Assembly: GCA_951406725.2 (NCBI GenBank)
Contig: OX597829.1
Span: forward strand, 32,922,001 to 32,986,000
Source: Octopus vulgaris
Taxonomy: Eukaryota
Direction of reading: 5' to 3'
DNA: 64,000 nt
Below the pieces are notes generated by a model, which did not search any database, was not told where the DNA came from, and saw nothing but the letters and a program-made list of their open reading frames with translations. This document shows, piece by piece, positions 62,091 through 64,000 of the stretch (positions within the stretch are counted from its first letter, which is position 1; every line of letters begins with the position of its first letter). A program made the translations under genes and the position numbers.

Positions 62091-63248
62091 AAAATTTAAC
62101 CTTTTTAGGCTACTTTCAAGCCTTCACCATAACTTGATTTATCTTTCCTATCTCTCTCTCTACAAAATTTAACCGTAGGCTGCCTCAAGCCGTAATCCCA
62201 TCTTTTCCCATCTTTCAGCCATTGGCGGTCTTCTTTTCCTCCTCTTCTTCTTCTTATGCTAAAACTTGAAAACCGCCATTACCATTACGATTCTGCAATT
62301 TAAATTCCCAGTTCAACTTACTTTCTTCTTCAATTTCAACTCCCGCTCGATGACCGCAGCAAGTTCTTAAAAATTTATCTTACTATTTTTTTTATTCGTT
62401 GTTACTACGTTTATTCATACACTGTTACGAAAATTTAACCTTTTTAGGCTACTTTCAAGCCTTCGCCATAACTTGATTTATCTTTCCTATCTCTCTCTCT
62501 ACAAAATTTAACCGTAGGCTGCCTCAAGCCGTAATCCCATCTTTTCCCATCTTTCAGCCATTGGCGGTCTTCTTTTTCCTCCTCTTCTTCTTCTTATGCT
62601 AAAACTTGAAAACCGCCATTACCATTACGATTCTGCAATTTAAATTCCCAGTTCAACTTACTTTCTTCTTCAATTTCAACTCCCGCTCGATGACCGCAGC
62701 AAGTTCTTAAAAATTTATCTTACTATTTTTTTTATTCGTTGTTACTACGTTTATTCATACACTGTTACGAAAATTTAACCTTTTTAGGCTACTTTCAAGC
62801 CTTCGCCATAACTTGATTTATCTTTCCTATCTCTCTCTCTACAAAATTTAACCGTAGGCTGCCTCAAGCCGTAATCCCATCTTTTCCCATCTTTCAGCCA
62901 TTGGCGGTCTTCTTTTTCCTCCTCTTCTTCTTCTTATGCTAAAACTTGAAAACCGCCATTACCATTACGATTCTGCAATTTAAATTCCCAGTTCAACTTA
63001 CTTTCTTCTTCAATTTCAACTCCCGCTCGATGACCGCAGCAAGTTCTTAAAAATTTATCTTACTATTTTTTTTATTCGTTGTTACTACGTTTATTCATAC
63101 ACTGTTACGAAAATTTAACCTTTTTAGGCTACTTTCAAGCCTTCGCCATAACTTGATTTATCTTTCCTATCTCTCTCTCTACAAAATTTAACCGTAGGCT
63201 GCCTCAAGCCGTAATCCCATCTTTTCCCATCTTTCAGCCATTGGCGGT
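62091..63248 (+). repeat. ~340-bp tandem repeat x3.4 directly upstream of an RTE 5' UTR
   Basis: Unit starts at 62091, 62430, 62770 and 63110; near-identical. Confidence 0.95.
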
Positions 63249-64000
63249 GCGCCCGCCCCCCACCCCCACCACCAATACCGTTGAACACTGTTCTCACCCC
63301 CACCACCAATACCGTTGAACACTGTTCTCACCCCCACCACCAATACCGTTGAACACTGTTCTCACCCCCCCACCACCAATACCAGTATACCCCGTTCTCT
63401 CCATCTACACCGGATACGCCTTACTCCCTCCTCCTCCCCCCACTACCCCTTCTCCTCATATGCTTAAGACAAGCTGCTAGCGCCATAGCTCATCAACTGC
63501 CCACCGATCTTACGCTTCCTCCTGACACTGCCTCAATCCGACCATCCCCTTTTAGTACCCTCCCGCCTCGTAATATCCTACGTTTTTATTTCTTAGGAAC
63601 CTACACCAACCCTTCCTGCCATCGTTCCTCCTTACCCCAACCTTCCCCACTGGTTGCTCCCCTATATTACCCGCCTCAACTGGACCCCCCCTCCCCAACT
63701 CAACTCTAGAATATCTGTATTTCTTTCCTCTACCTAATTACGTTACTCAGTGACGATAACAAATGTCCACTGCTAACACCAGCTCCTGCCCACGGCGTGG
63801 TCAGGTTGGAAGAGAGATCAAAAGAAAAATACCACGAAAACTATCACCACCACTACAACCCTCCTCTTCTCAGGCGCCGAATCCCCCCTGTCCCCCCACA
63901 TCTCCTTCCCAGTTTTCAGAGTTGGCACTATCAATGTTGGTACATTGACAGGCAAGTCTAGTGAGATTGTAGAGATGCTAGAGAGAAGACAGGTTGATGT
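63245..64000 (+). mobile_element. 5' part of a second copy of the PHD-RTE family (runs off the window)
   Basis: Colinear with 19130-19765; start ATG mutated to ATA; short tandem repeat x3 at ~63270-63380. Confidence 0.9.

Overview
Repeat-saturated, AT-rich eukaryotic (animal) genomic DNA. The SINE/RTE repertoire resembles what I recall from octopus genomes; this is an inference and not checked. There is no intact host gene, only a decayed HACD-type exon pair near 58.6-58.9 kb. The window is a nest of transposon remnants: CR1-like, RTE (one near-intact 1063-aa ORF), Tx1/L1-like, HERO-like, Penelope-like with hammerhead motifs, mariner, Helitron/Helentron, Gypsy and SINEs. The most striking structure is a family of ~2-kb retroposed elements, seven copies here, that encode only one gag/ORF1-like protein with a CCHC zinc knuckle and no RT or endonuclease. 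They are stacked head-to-tail at the same position of the tRNA-like head of a SINE at two independent loci (10.7-17.5 kb and 34.6-37.3 kb), with the ~13-16 bp target repeated at every junction. A 5'-truncated copy with a perfect 16-bp TSD sits at a look-alike site inside a Helitron. All family assignments come from motif recognition by eye; no searches were run.
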